62,109 nucleotides of DNA, filler included, from Choristocarpus tenellus KU-1152 (GCA_964200185.2; 12 parts of 12 records of this genome joined end to end with filler, not necessarily neighbours in it); one strand, 5' to 3'. Positions 37,915 to 50,360 are shown, counted from the first letter of the whole stretch. Notes: generated by a model from the sequence alone, not told the origin. Numbers and translations: made by a program.

Positions 37915-40900
37915 ATGAGCTGGGCGACACCAACTGATGACAACCCGTTCGCGGTAAGTGTACTGTCTTGTATCTTGTATGTTGTCCTGACCATTCCATT
38001 GATCCATTGGCGAAGTTCTGAAGACCAACTATGATCATGAAGCGAGTCACTACTGCCAATAGGCGAACTCGATCTATCAAATTCGGGGATTATTGCGAGT
38101 CGCTGACCTTTCCCCCCGCTATTGCTGTCGGCTTTGTCTCTAGGACCCGTCAGTCTCGGCGGCGAGGACCTCAACTACGGCTGCCCCTTCCGGTGACGAG
38201 GCGCCATCATGGCTGAGTTCTGGCCGTGGTGCTGCTGGGGGCGTCCCTCCTCCACCCCCACCACTGCCCCAACAGCAGCAACAGGAGCAGGCAGCCCCTA
38301 CACAGGCGGAACTGGATCGGCAGGCGTGAGTGTCATCATGTCATATATTTTTTCGCACAGTCTATTCTACAGTGACCGCATGTTTCGTTTTTTTACTTGT
38401 TCTACTACTTCTGTGCCCACAGGGGCTCGACCTTTTGGTTGGAGGATTAGACAGTACTTGATATTATGACCTCACAGGCCCCTCCCCCCCCATTCAGGAA
38501 GGTGCCCCAGCTGACGATCTACATGAGACTCGCAAACATGGGCCTGTGTGTTCTTCTGGCTGCAACTGCAGTAGTCAACCTCGTCGGCAGTGATCCTTCA
38601 AAGGGTGTTCTGGCATGTTACCTCTTGTAAGTCACTTCGGATATGATCGGGTCTGGGTCAATTTCACTTCACTCTCCACAGTTGACCGAACGGGTGAAAA
38701 CAGCATACACACAGAAACATGATGAGGTTTACCTGAGCTAAGAAATATCCTTCTCATTTTGGAGGTTCAAATTTCCTGTAGTCTGCAATATTGCTAGTAT
38801 TTACAATATGTTTTTTAAATCGGAAGTAATCTATCGATGCACGTGCCAACTCCCCCTCTGTTTGAATAATCTTGAAATATCAGACAGTTAGTGCGTTCAT
38901 TTTGAATAATCTCTGTGCCCTCTCTGTTTTCTGTCAGTGCTTTCTCCTGCGTCCTGTGCTGTTTCGAGACGCACCTTAAGGTTGTTGCCAAGACCATCGC
39001 AGCGAATTTCGGATTTCTGTATAATGCCAAGGGGCGAGCTGCATTCCTCATGTTGTGAGTGCTTTTCTCTGTCCCCATTGTGCAGTTCTCCTCACAGACG
39101 TGGTCATGAAACTCTAGTACTTCTTACTCGAAGGAAGACACAGGATATTACATGTATATGTAACTGAAGGCTGGTTTTGTGCATCTTTATTGTTTGCCTC
39201 AGAAGGGCCACAGATTATGGTGTGAATGTGTTGCTGCGATAAAACATGATCAATCAGGTGCCACTGCATCCTTTTGGTCCTGGCCGGCTTCCAGTATCAC
39301 ACTGGCACCGGCACGTAAGACTGATGTTGCAGCATTCAAGAGTGCACCCAAAGATGCCGTTGCTTGTGTCTATGTTTTGTCACAGTTACTGAGCTTACTT
39401 TGAGTGTAACAAAACTGCAACGGTCCCCCCTTAAAGTAGTACCTTCAGGTTGGAAGGATTGTCCCTGTGGGTACAACATGATTTGCCTTGAAGCATGTAT
39501 ATGTTTCGTCTCGGACTCTCACTCCAACTTATTTTTAACACATGTTGGTTGAAGCGACAGAAAGTTTTTGATCTGAGCATCGATTGTTTATGATTAGAAA
39601 CACAGTGAATGTTTATGCAATGTGCTTGCGATCATGGAAAGGCACACTGAGGAGTTTTTTTTAATGTAGCTCACTATTTCCTTTGAAACACCCAAGAACC
39701 TTGCCCCGATTAGCAGGGTGTCCTTTGAGTGTTCTCCTATTGTATTTTTTGTTTCTTGATAAAGCTCTGTACCAATCTCTTTTTACATGTCCAGATGATT
39801 TTAGACCAACCAAATTGTCAAATCCTCTAAGGTCCATATTGTATCCAGCAACTGTGAAACCTGCTCTTCTTGAACTACAAATTCTCTAAAATATTATCTA
39901 ATTTGGTGAGAATATTTTGTAATTTTTTCCTCATAGTTTTATGGGCATGAGTGTTAAATTAGTTTTTCCAATGTATCTTGTTCACTGTTTAAAAGCTATG
40001 TAGAATTTGAATTAAGCCGGTATGATTCAACGTTTGGTACAGTATAATTGTTTTGTAAACAGGCAATATAGCGCCTCCCATCTTGGTGTGCAAGTTGGTT
40101 TTTGTCATCAGTATATATATTATGCCCAATAATACATTATGAGAAAATTCATTAGCCATATTGCTATAATCAATCAACAGCGGGCTTAGCTCTAAGGTTT
40201 CCAATGCAATCACACGTCCCATTCCCCATAATGTACTTTGTTGAGGACAAACATTAACACAATCACCTCCACCACTAACATTCTTATGTTCATCATTGGT
40301 AGTAACGCGTTAGTGTCTTACTGCTTCGTAGATTCGTCTTTATTTCCACCTCCAAATGTTCAAGTGGAAACAAGTGTCAGAGTTCACCTTCCTTTGGGGC
40401 ACCACGATCTCTCTGCCCAACCCTAACCCTAACCCTAACCCTCCCTACCGTATCATTCTTCTTGCCTCAGCATTGGGATCCTGTGCTTCAGTTTTTCACC
40501 AAACTTGTTGGCGATTATCTCGGGTATCCTCATGCTTGCTAACGCAGTTTTCAACCTTTACGTTATTGTGAAGGTGAGAACAGAAAATGCTGTCGATAGA
40601 CGGCCGGGGGAGTAACTCCCCAACCAATTCAGGCGTGCTTTTTTTTTTCACTATTGTTATCAAGTTTACAAGAGCCATTTGTGTCACTTTCTGGTGCTGT
40701 TGGCCCAACCCAAGTGTGCCTCCGAAACCAGGTGCGGTTTGTGTCTGTCCTCTGCATGGACTCTCTCACACCACACCTATGTTTCCACAATATGAACTCT
40801 ACTAATGGCAGTACCCAGAGTTTGAGCGGGATCTCCAGCGCAAGGATCTGGAGTCTGAGGGACGGGACTATCTTCGAGCAAATAGGGGACAGATGGCAGA

Positions 40901-40946
40901 GGCAGGAGTCAATTTTGCTCGTAACAACCCTGAGCTTGCTGCCAAG
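37915..40946 (+). CDS. COPI-associated / TVP15-like Golgi membrane protein with N-terminal NPF motif (3' end not resolved)
   Basis: Six phase-consistent GT-AG exons: 37915-37953, 38144-38325, 38498-38626, 38938-39054, 40471-40573, 40812-40946. Protein: MSWATPTDDNPFADPSV...PPPPPPLPQQQQQ...YMRLANMGLCVLLAATAV...LACYLFAFSCVLCCFE...NFGFLYNAKGRAAFLMFIGILCF...NAVFNLYVIVKYPEFE... FGFL....GR..F plus four hydrophobic helices is the COPI_assoc (PF08507) signature. Confidence 0.85.
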
Positions 40947-43309
40947 GTAAGTGGTAGTGAGACTGACATACTGTGGTATGCGACTGATTTCATCCTTGGT
41001 GTGTAGGGTCGCTGTTGGTAAACATGAAACCCGATTAGAAAGTGCCCATCCTCTTGGGGTCTCATGTTCCTGTGTTATCTTAATGGCAAGTGATGTGGTG
41101 TGGATTCAACTTGCCCCTTCACTCCGTATTGTTCGGACCCCCCACCATCGCCTACCTCTCTGTCTTGACCTACTGGAATTATACAGGGGGCTCAGGCAAT
41201 GGCATCGACATATGTGTGATTCTACCTCAGATGGTCATATATAGAGGGGAAAGGAGAATGGACCAACAGTCTCCCTTGAGGGAATGCCTGTGCATCAACA
41301 TTGGTGGGGGGGATGATGGTGCTTGTTGACATTTGCTAGGCGTCCTAGTTGTACGGTTTCATCCTTGTCCTTNNNNNNNNNNNNNNNNNNNNNNNNNNNN
41401 NNNNNNNNNNNNNNNNTTAATTAATTAANNNNNNNNNNNNNNNNNNNNNNNNNNNNNNNNNNNNNNNNNNNNAGGACAATTTTAGGTCAAACCCATCCTC
41501 CATAGTATGCTCCATCCTCAATTTCGCTGAGAGGCTGTTTAGTGCTTGATCACTCTGCAAGATCAGGGTCTCCAGTGTGGGATCATATATCACATAAAAC
41601 CGATCTTGATCCCAGCGAAGATACGAGCAAAAACTTGAATTACATAGACGATTTTTAATCTTTACGTAGGGCAGCCCAAACATAAAACCTGTCATCAGTA
41701 AAAATCAGTAGTAAAGGGCGATGAAATTAAATCAAATCGTTCACAGGTCTTGGATATTAAAAAAAATCCTCTTAGTGATCGTGTGTTATCTTTGGTCTAC
41801 AGGTCTTTCTTAGAGGGTGAGGAGTAAGATGATTATAGTGTGCGGTAGAGGGTTAATATATAAAAATTACAGCTTAGTAGTTAGGGAACACAAGAGGATG
41901 TTGACTGAAATTGTGACTCCATGCTATGCACATGAATGCTACTCCTATCATATATATCTGCCCCTGTATGTAGTGATCGAGTCCTAGAGTTTACTCTTGC
42001 TTGGCATCAATGGATAATCTGACGTGTACAAAACTTATTGTTAAATGGGAAGTGAACTACGACCAGTCGCTCATGAATGTCGCGATTTGCACCTAGAATG
42101 TGCATGGTGGATTACCATTTGCTGGGAGAAACAAAGACTATACAATAGGTTATGGCTGTTCTCTATACAGCAAACTGCAGTAGAAGCACACAAGAGAGGA
42201 CATTGCTTCACTCCACCACTGACCAGACTGTGACTCAAAGCTTACTGCATTGACGACTATCTTACGGTCTACTTGAGGGCAAATTCACTACAACCTTGAC
42301 CATTCTCAATGCGGGACCATTAGTATCCCATTGCAACTAGATAGCAAACTACTGTATATCCCAGGTTGTCGAGTTGCTAATCCCATGATCACCCAGTCCA
42401 TGCATGGAGCTATTGCCACCACATGTAATGTTGAATGCCATTCACGAGAAGAGGAGTACACACACACACAATATGTCCTGTAGAGTTGGTGAACAAGCCC
42501 AATTCTGCAGTAGTAATGAATCATTCATGCGAGAAACTCTATATCGTCTTGTAATGCAGGACAAGACGTTCCAAAGCTGACAAAATCAATACCTATACCT
42601 ACCTATCCTACAACCACAAAACATTTTACATGGGAATCTTGTCAAAGAAGTTTCTAGACATTTTTTTTTTCTTGACAAAAACAAGAACAAGAAATAATCC
42701 AAGAGCGACGCCTCCATCCAAAAGAGGGGAATTCGTACATAACCACACAACTGCAACAATCGACCAATCAAATTACAATATAATCCTTAGGAGTAAGCCA
42801 ACAAAGTACAACAATGGCATCACTCGACTCAACTCAAACAAACGATGCAGCCGATCTGTTGTTCACACGAACAAGAAACCTACATGTCGCTTTCACCATC
42901 ACCCTAACCCTATCACTACACAAACCAAACGAGGAACGACCCTGCAGAACAAAACGCCATCAACTGCTTTTAAAAAAAAAGGTACCTCCTCTGCCGGAGT
43001 GGCATCAAGACAGAGAGGTCATTTTGGCAGTCCAAAGCTAACAAAATGCTGAACAATGAGGAGGAGACAGTGTCCGCACAACACATGCGGTTCACAGCAT
43101 CAACTAACCAATCAGTGCTCTTCACACAAAATTCTGTCAACCAATCGGCAACCTCGACTACAAAAACCGTAACCTCCAACTTGTGGAACGTCCCCTTAGA
43201 TCTAACGGACATTCGCCAGCCCTTGTACCAAGCCCGCCCCCCCCCCTCCTCCCACAGTAACGGATCCGGTGAAGTCTACATTCCCATCGCCACCCATTGT
43301 TCCAGTACT

Positions 43310-46300
43310 TTAAGAGTTGAGGCGACTCACTAGGGCCTGTATCTTCCGCTCTTCAACAGAGTCATTCATTTCTCTCTCACACTGGCCTCCATATTCCCTG
43401 GGGATTTGTGACGAGTCTATGTCCTCTTCCATGGTTGATAAATAGTTTGATCCGAGAATTACTATCTTTGCCCTTGTCCTGCGAGGGAGGATATAGTGGG
43501 TAGATGGGGGTGTAGAGGTAGGCAAAAACCAGCAAAAGGAAGAATGTGTCAAGTAAAGGTGCTGCTGGGTAAAATAGGCATACAAAAGAACAAGATAGCA
43601 ACCATCATCAGTACTGGCTTTGCCCTGACTACTCTGGTCACTCAGAGGGTGGGAATATGCTCCTTCAAAGTCATGGGTGAATAGCGGACTGTGCATGAGA
43701 GTCCTTCTTGTTACAGTGCTGCTACAGGACACACAAACACCTATGATTCAATATTTAGTGCTAAAATTATTTACAAAATTCTTCCACGATTTTTTAATTT
43801 TCAGGGTCATTTTTGTTTTGATTATGAATACATACATATTTGAGACACACACACATATATATATATATATATATTAATATAATATTATAACTTGGTTTAA
43901 ATATTTTTTTATATCTGAACGTCTCGGAGAACGTAAAACTAAAATGCTAGAAGATAAAACGTCGGAAAAAACGTTTAGCACGTTACGGTGCTGCTACGTT
44001 ACACACAAACACCTATTCTCGGGCAATTAACTTAGTGCTCCCCCTTGATTGATGGCCGGTCCTCAAAAAGACACACTACGACGAGGTACACAACACATTA
44101 TGTATTTCAATCTACTGGATACATATTATCGCTCAAAAACTTATTCTAATGCAGTATCACGTTGTTTCAATGACCTTTCTGTGCACATATTTTGCGTGTT
44201 TTGACTGAGGGGTCTTTCCTGTGTGCACATGACGATTGATCGACCACTTCATACGTACACGCGATGGGCATTGGCATTGGCACTGGCACACCCCCTCCCA
44301 TACTTTCTTGACATCGGCCGCCGTAACCCTAACCCTAATCCTAACCCTAACAACATCCAAACTGTTGAGGAGAGAGAGAGAGAGAGTCCTCACACCACAC
44401 CACCTGGGATTCACGGCATCCACCCCCCCCTCACTCACTCTCCACTAGTCCCACCTACAACAAGCAATTTCGATCAATCGCCCACAGCTCCTGACAAATA
44501 CAGCTCTCAATATTCTGACAAATATTCTTGGGACACCACACGTCGACTTAAGCAAAGACTAAGTAAGAGCAAGACGAGAGCTGGTTTGACCCCGGGATGG
44601 TTTGTGACTGGTTTGTGTTCTCACTTCTTCTTTTATTTGACATCGGGAGACAAGCGTCAACACATGGTCATGTGTTACTGTTAATCATATATACACATAT
44701 ATATGTTACTGTTACTGTTACATGATTGCCACGTGTTACTCGTCGTTCAAAAATATATATATATATATATATAAATTTTCTTATTCTTGTTTTTTTTTTA
44801 AAGAAACACCTGAAAAAAAAATTAAACAAAAATCGCTTGAAAGAACATCCTAAAAATAAAATAGAAAAAAATCATTTGAATTTTGCTGATGCACAGTACG
44901 TGTGCTGCTATATAAACCTACACCTCTGTGGTGTGTATCCATGAAACAAAACAAAAAATTAAACTCTTGAAAGACTGCTCATGTATAGTAACCATTACAC
45001 CCACAAGCAAGCGTACTTGCTCCCTCGCATCAAATCAAAATTGAGAACCCTAACCCTAACCCTAACCTGTATTGCCGATTGAAAAAAAATGCACCATATG
45101 TCCACATGCTCAATTCTTAGGGACATCACAAGAGACAAGAAAAACTGCATAGAATACAGACCTAACCCTAACCCTAAGGAGACATCACAAGAGACAGGAA
45201 AAACTGTATAGATTACAGACCTAACCCTAACCCCAAGGAGACAGCACAAGAGACGGACAAACTGTATATATCAAAAACCTAACCCTAACCCTAACCCAAA
45301 AAGTAACCCAAAGATACACATAATATGTATCTTGAACAATGACAAAGAAGCGACAAAAAACCCCGGAAAAGAGTGGTCCAGTCCCATCAAACATCATCAT
45401 CCATTACTCCACTCCACCATAGGAAGCTATAAAAAAATAGTCACCCTAACCCTAACCCTAACCCCCCACTTCAGTAATAAAGAAAAACGACCAAAATATA
45501 TATATATATATATATATCGATTACTGATTTGAGTAAACCTTTTCAGCTTACAGACTAACTTTCATGATTCTTGTGATAGAGATAGAGGTGTAGGACTAGT
45601 TACCTACCTACCCCACTTTCATGTGGTTACACCTATTACACCTATTACACATGTTCCTATCCCATTCCACCTATTACACGCGTCCATATCCATCGTCTCA
45701 CCGTGGGTCAAAGAGCGGAGAAATAATCCGCCACAGAGCTGTGAATGCCACTGGAGCATTGATGATGTATGATCTGTAGCACCTGAGGCATTGATAGCAA
45801 AGTGAAGAACATTGATTGGCCATACACAATCATGTCTTGTGAAAAAAAAAGGATTGAAAAAAATATTAATACATACATACATATATATATGTTTTTTTTT
45901 TTTTTGAGAGGAGGTAACAAAAAACAAAAGAAATAGTCAAGAGGACCTTTATTAACTGTGGCCTATCATGTCAGGGTAGGGGAGGGGGGAAGGGGGAGTT
46001 GTGTCTAGGTGTGCTCTTGAGGACATTCGGGGTAATTAGCAACAAAAAATAAATGTTTTTTGGTACTGAAACATAATATCAATGGGGGATTTCTCACTCT
46101 TTTTTCCGAGGAAAACAATAAACCAACCCTAACCCTAACCCTAAACTCATGCAGTTATACAAAAGTGCTGAAATAACCTAACCCTAACCCTATAACCTGT
46201 GCATTGATTATGTAAAATGTCATAGTTCTGAGTAGCAATGCTTGAGGGTTAGGGTTAGGGTGAACGATCGTATTCATAACCCTAACCCTAAAAAAAAACA

Positions 46301-48124
46301 AATAATAGTAGTGTTACTATTATTTCGTAGTAGAAAGGGTTAGGGTTAGGGTTAGGGTTAGCCCCAACCTCAATCACCTTCATTCATTCGCAGCTTGATT
46401 CGAGAATATTCTTTTCACTCCAATTCGAACAAATTGTAAAAAAAAAATCGGGCACAGTTGGACGTTTAGAATAAACAAAAAAAATGTAAAAAAAGAGATT
46501 TATCCTCCAAAAATTGTGGGAGAAAAAATATAAATAATTGAAAAAAACCCCTTGATCTCACACTCTCTTATCCCTGTGTTGAGGTGGTATTATCCACAAT
46601 GGTGCAAGAGACTCAGGGTAGCTCTGCAGAGCTAAGACTATAACCAAAACCAGTTACCCAATCACATGAATATATATATATGTACATGTTTTTTTTAAAT
46701 GTATGTAGATGTACCTTACCAATCCAAGAGGGGAACCAGGAGTAAAATAACCCTAACCCTAACCCTAACCCTAGGTAGCAAGCACCTTCTCGCCACTGAC
46801 AAACATGGACACAATCAGTAAGTAGAAAAGAAAGAAAAAGGGACTAGACCAATCGACCAATCATATCGCTCAAAGTGGAGGACTGTAGTCAACATAGTTC
46901 ACACAGACGGGATACAGTGCACTCTGATCATTGGCATCACTTCAAACTAACCCTAACTCTGATCATTGGCACCACTTCAAACTAACCCTAACCCTAACTC
47001 CGATCATTGGCATCACTTCAAGCTATAACCCTAACCCTAACCTTAACTCAAAAGACTGAACCCCTCTTTCATGTAAGAAAAAAGTTTTGTTTTGTTTTTC
47101 TAAAAATTGAATCGATATCCGAGATGGTTTCCACTTTTCCTCATACGCACTAGTTGTCAATGTATTGCTTAGGGTTAGGGTTATAACCCTAAACCTTAAC
47201 CCTTTCCTCATACGCACTAGGTGCCAATGTATTGCCCAAGCTTAGGGTTAGGGTTAAACCTAAACCTTAACCCTAACACTTTCCTCAAACACATCAGTAG
47301 GCTAATGTATTGAATAAGTGAGCCCAAGGTGGGGCTGCTCTGCCTTTACCCTGTCTTTACGTACATATTCTGTCCTAATCCCCTCACCATTCCAATATCA
47401 CTAAAACAACAATCATGATAATAATAGTATGACAATAATGATAGTGATAATATTGGCAACAATGGCAATGATAATATTGGCAATAATGATAATGATAATA
47501 TTGACAATAATGACAATGATAACATTGACAATAATGATAATGATAACATTGACAACAATGATAATGATAACATTGACAATAATGACAATGATAACATTGA
47601 CAATAATGATAATGATAATATTGATAATGATAATGATAATATCAACCCTAACCCTAACCCTTCCACCGAGTCATTGTATCCCAATAATTGTACTCAACCC
47701 TAACCCTAACTGTTGACCCCAAAAAGGGTTAGGGTTAGACCACTGTTCACCCACTGCTCCACATAGTATTAGGGTTAGGGTTAGGGTTAGACCACTGTTC
47801 GCCCACTGCTCCACATAGTATTAGAGTTAGGGTTAGGGTTAGACCACTGTTCACCCACTGCTCCACATAGTATTAGAGTTAGGGTTAGGGTTAGACCACT
47901 GTTCACCCACTGCTCCACATAGTATTAGGGTTAGGGTTAGGGTTAGACCACTGTTAACCCACTGCTCCACATAGTATTAGGGTTAGGGTTAGGGTTAGAC
48001 CACTGTTCACCCACCTCTCCACATAGTGATCTTTCATGGTCTTGCTCAAGGCATTCACCACCCTCAGCACTCTAGGGGTTAGATGCCAAGGGCGAACTCC
48101 ATTGACATCCTCCACTGTAATGAA
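43310..48124 (-). CDS. CRAL-TRIO (Sec14-like) lipid-binding protein, 3' part
   Basis: Three phase-consistent exons on the minus strand: 48124-48015 (FITVEDVNGV...MKDHYVER), 45782-45702 (CYRSYIINAPVAFTALWRIISPLFDPR), 43478-43310 (TRAKIVILGSNYLSTMEEDIDSSQIPREYGG...stop). HY.ER, IINAP..F..LW, T..KI.ILG and IP.EYGG are Sec14 hallmarks. Confidence 0.88.
45105..45300. repeat. Tandem repeat, 59-bp unit x3, each containing (CCCTAA)2-3
   Basis: GACA(T/G)CACAAGAGAC at 45122, 45181 and 45240. Confidence 0.85.
47415..47642. repeat. (AATGAT/AATGAC/ATTGAC)-type compound microsatellite
   Basis: Direct reading; it produces the spurious low-complexity ORFs 47346-47684 and 47429-47716. Confidence 0.85.
47724..48027. 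repeat. Tandem repeat, 52-bp unit x6, made of (TTAGGG)3 plus a copy of the Sec14 exon end and donor site
   Basis: TTAGACCACTG at 47735, 47787, 47839, 47891, 47943 and 47995. The last unit overlaps the real exon/intron junction at 48015/48014. Confidence 0.92.
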
Positions 48125-49943
48125 CTGAATTTAAGGGTTAGGGTTTGTTATTTTTTTACAATTCTTATTGCACAGGAAATGAAATATCAAAAAAAAAAAA
48201 TCAGTGTAGCCAAAGCAAGAGCCGAACCAGGGCTTGCAGATCAAGAAATTAAAAAAAAACAGGAAGGACGTTCTTCTTCTTTTTCTTCTTTTTTCTCTTC
48301 TTCTCCTTCTTCTTCTTCTCCTCCTCCTCCTCCTCTTGGATCTTTCAGGAGGGTATTGTTGCTGCGATGGATCTTTACATGTCATCGAGAGCGGTCTTTG
48401 GTGCTTTTTGTTTCTTGGTACATGGAGTCAGTTACTCTTGGTATGTTACTCTTGGTATGTTACTCTTGGTACGTTACTCTTGGTGATTTTTGGGACGGTA
48501 CTCAAGCCGTTTTTTTTTTTGTAGCTTGTAGTTCGTAGTTGTTTTTTTTGGGGGGGGGTTCAATGCTTGACAATACCATTGGTTTACCTGTGTGTTTTCT
48601 GAGTGGGATAAAATACAGTGAAAAAAGGTACGGCCTAATGAAAGTTACAGTAGTAAACATACAATACAATGTCAAAAAAAGGTACAATAACAAAAAAGGT
48701 ACAGAAACCAAAAGAGAGGCAACATAACTATATTCCTCCAAAGGACAACACTAAGAACAGGAGGTACAAATCATTAAACAACAATAATAATAATAATAAA
48801 AATAAAACAGGTCGAACAAGCATACAAACGTCTCATAATACCTAAGTAAAGAAAAAAAACACCTCTCTCTCTCTCTCGGCATTAAAAAAAAAAGAGAACG
48901 TTTCGTTTCGAAAAAAAATCTTTTCAAAAAAAAAACAAAAAACGTAATAATGAACAAAATTGAAGAAAAATAATAAATCGAAAATTTCCAGAAGAAAGAA
49001 AAAAAAAAAAAAAAAAAAAAAAAAAAACGGAGGGCGCNNNNNNNNNNNNNNNNNNNNNNNNNNNNNNNNNNNNNNNNNNNNTTAATTAATTAANNNNNNN
49101 NNNNNNNNNNNNNNNNNNNNNNNNNNNNNNNNNNNNNGGGTCAGGCATTGGTGTTTCCTCGGAGGGGAAGGGGTCAGCACTGGACAAAGAATCAGGATGA
49201 TTCTGTTGGTGTAGCAGACAGCGCTTGATGAAAGATGTCTTGCTTTTCTCACATGTTCTTACTGGGATGCTGGATTCCTGGTGTTCCTCTGTGTTCTACG
49301 GGGGGATGGGATGGGGTGCTTTTCTTTGGAGTGTTGGGACAAAATGCGTCCAAGAGGGACATTATTACCCTCATTTGAAAGAAGTGAAGGAAAGGAAAGA
49401 GATAGAAGGAGATAACGTGTTTAGGATCTTTGCGGGCATGTATTCCTTCTCCTCCCTCTAGTAATATGCCCTACTTTGTTGAATGTTCTCGGTTTGGTTT
49501 CTGTTTTTTTTTTCCTTTGAAAGATGATGCACCCAATTCCATGTGGGATGTGGGTCAACCGTCTCTAGTTTTGTTTTCATCTTATATTGACACATCAAAA
49601 AATTATTTTATTTCAGAACTCAACCAATAGAACAGCAGCAGCAACAGAGGATTCTTCCTTAGGTGTCTGGTTGGCTCTATGACAAGGTAAGGTGCAGGGT
49701 GAACAACAAAGGTGCTCTCTGAACAGATGGTCTATGGATCTTCTTGCAGCAGCCTTTTGTTCGATGTAGAGCTTCAATCTTAAATTTGGACAACCTCGAT
49801 CATATGGTGATGGAGTCGCCGTGAGAGTCTTTTGCCTGCCTGAAGGTTGAGATACATATCCCCCGGCCTGTCTTGGTAGACCTAGCCATAGAGATATACC
49901 TGTCAAAATCACTCTGCACAATAACTAAAACCTCAGAGCATGT

Positions 49944-50360
49944 ATGAAGAGCCCTCCTTCAGAAAACAAGTCAGGCATTGTGCATCAGAAGGTGGAGGGT
50001 CTAATGTGCATTGTGGAGCAGTTACAGTGTTCAAGGCAGTGTACCACCACGAAAAGTGTAGATATTCACCTGTCCAATAGCGTCAATGCCACTTCAATTG
50101 TCTTCAAACCTGCCAACAATGGAACTAATGCTTACGTCCTTGTTGTCAAAGATCATGCCCCATTTGATTCATACTGTCACTGTCAACAGTCTACAAAAGG
50201 TATCGAGACAGAACTGTGCCATAGGCATGACTACATTCTGAAGACCCTGCATCTTACCCTTACCCTTAGGGGTGTATCTATTGGCGTATTTTCCACAAAC
50301 GATATGTGGAGATATGCTGCATTGATTGCACAGGCACATGAGCAAAAGAAAGGTAAGTAG
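49944..50360 (+). pseudogene. SWIM-type zinc-finger-like ORF, possibly a transposon (MULE-like) remnant
   Basis: AYVLVV....FDSYCHC...LCHRH resembles the SWIM Y.V...CxC..CxH pattern. Upstream frames are interrupted by stops. Confidence 0.35.

Larger units (their letters stand above)
44325..48143. repeat. Dense interstitial telomere-type repeats (TTAGGG/CCCTAA)2-4 in introns
   Basis: More than 20 short tracts in both orientations, e.g. near 44325, 45047, 45161, 45221, 45278, 45443, 46126, 46176, 46247, 46279, 46337, 46749, 46983, 47027, 47169, 47242, 47645, 47697 and 47726-47998. Others lie at 26788, 27433, 30209 and 40419. Confidence 0.9.

Noticed and set aside
39993-40192. 200-bp intronic segment flanked by TAA/TAA with weak AAGCTATG / CTTAGCTC ends
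   Set aside because: The TIR match is too short and there is no second copy in the window, so it cannot be supported as a MITE.
47346-47716. ORFs with LSLSLLSM / MIMIIL repeats; also ITITIT (27059-27250), HTYI (29441-29699) and poly-R/poly-L (48083-48538)
   Set aside because: Translations of microsatellites inside introns.
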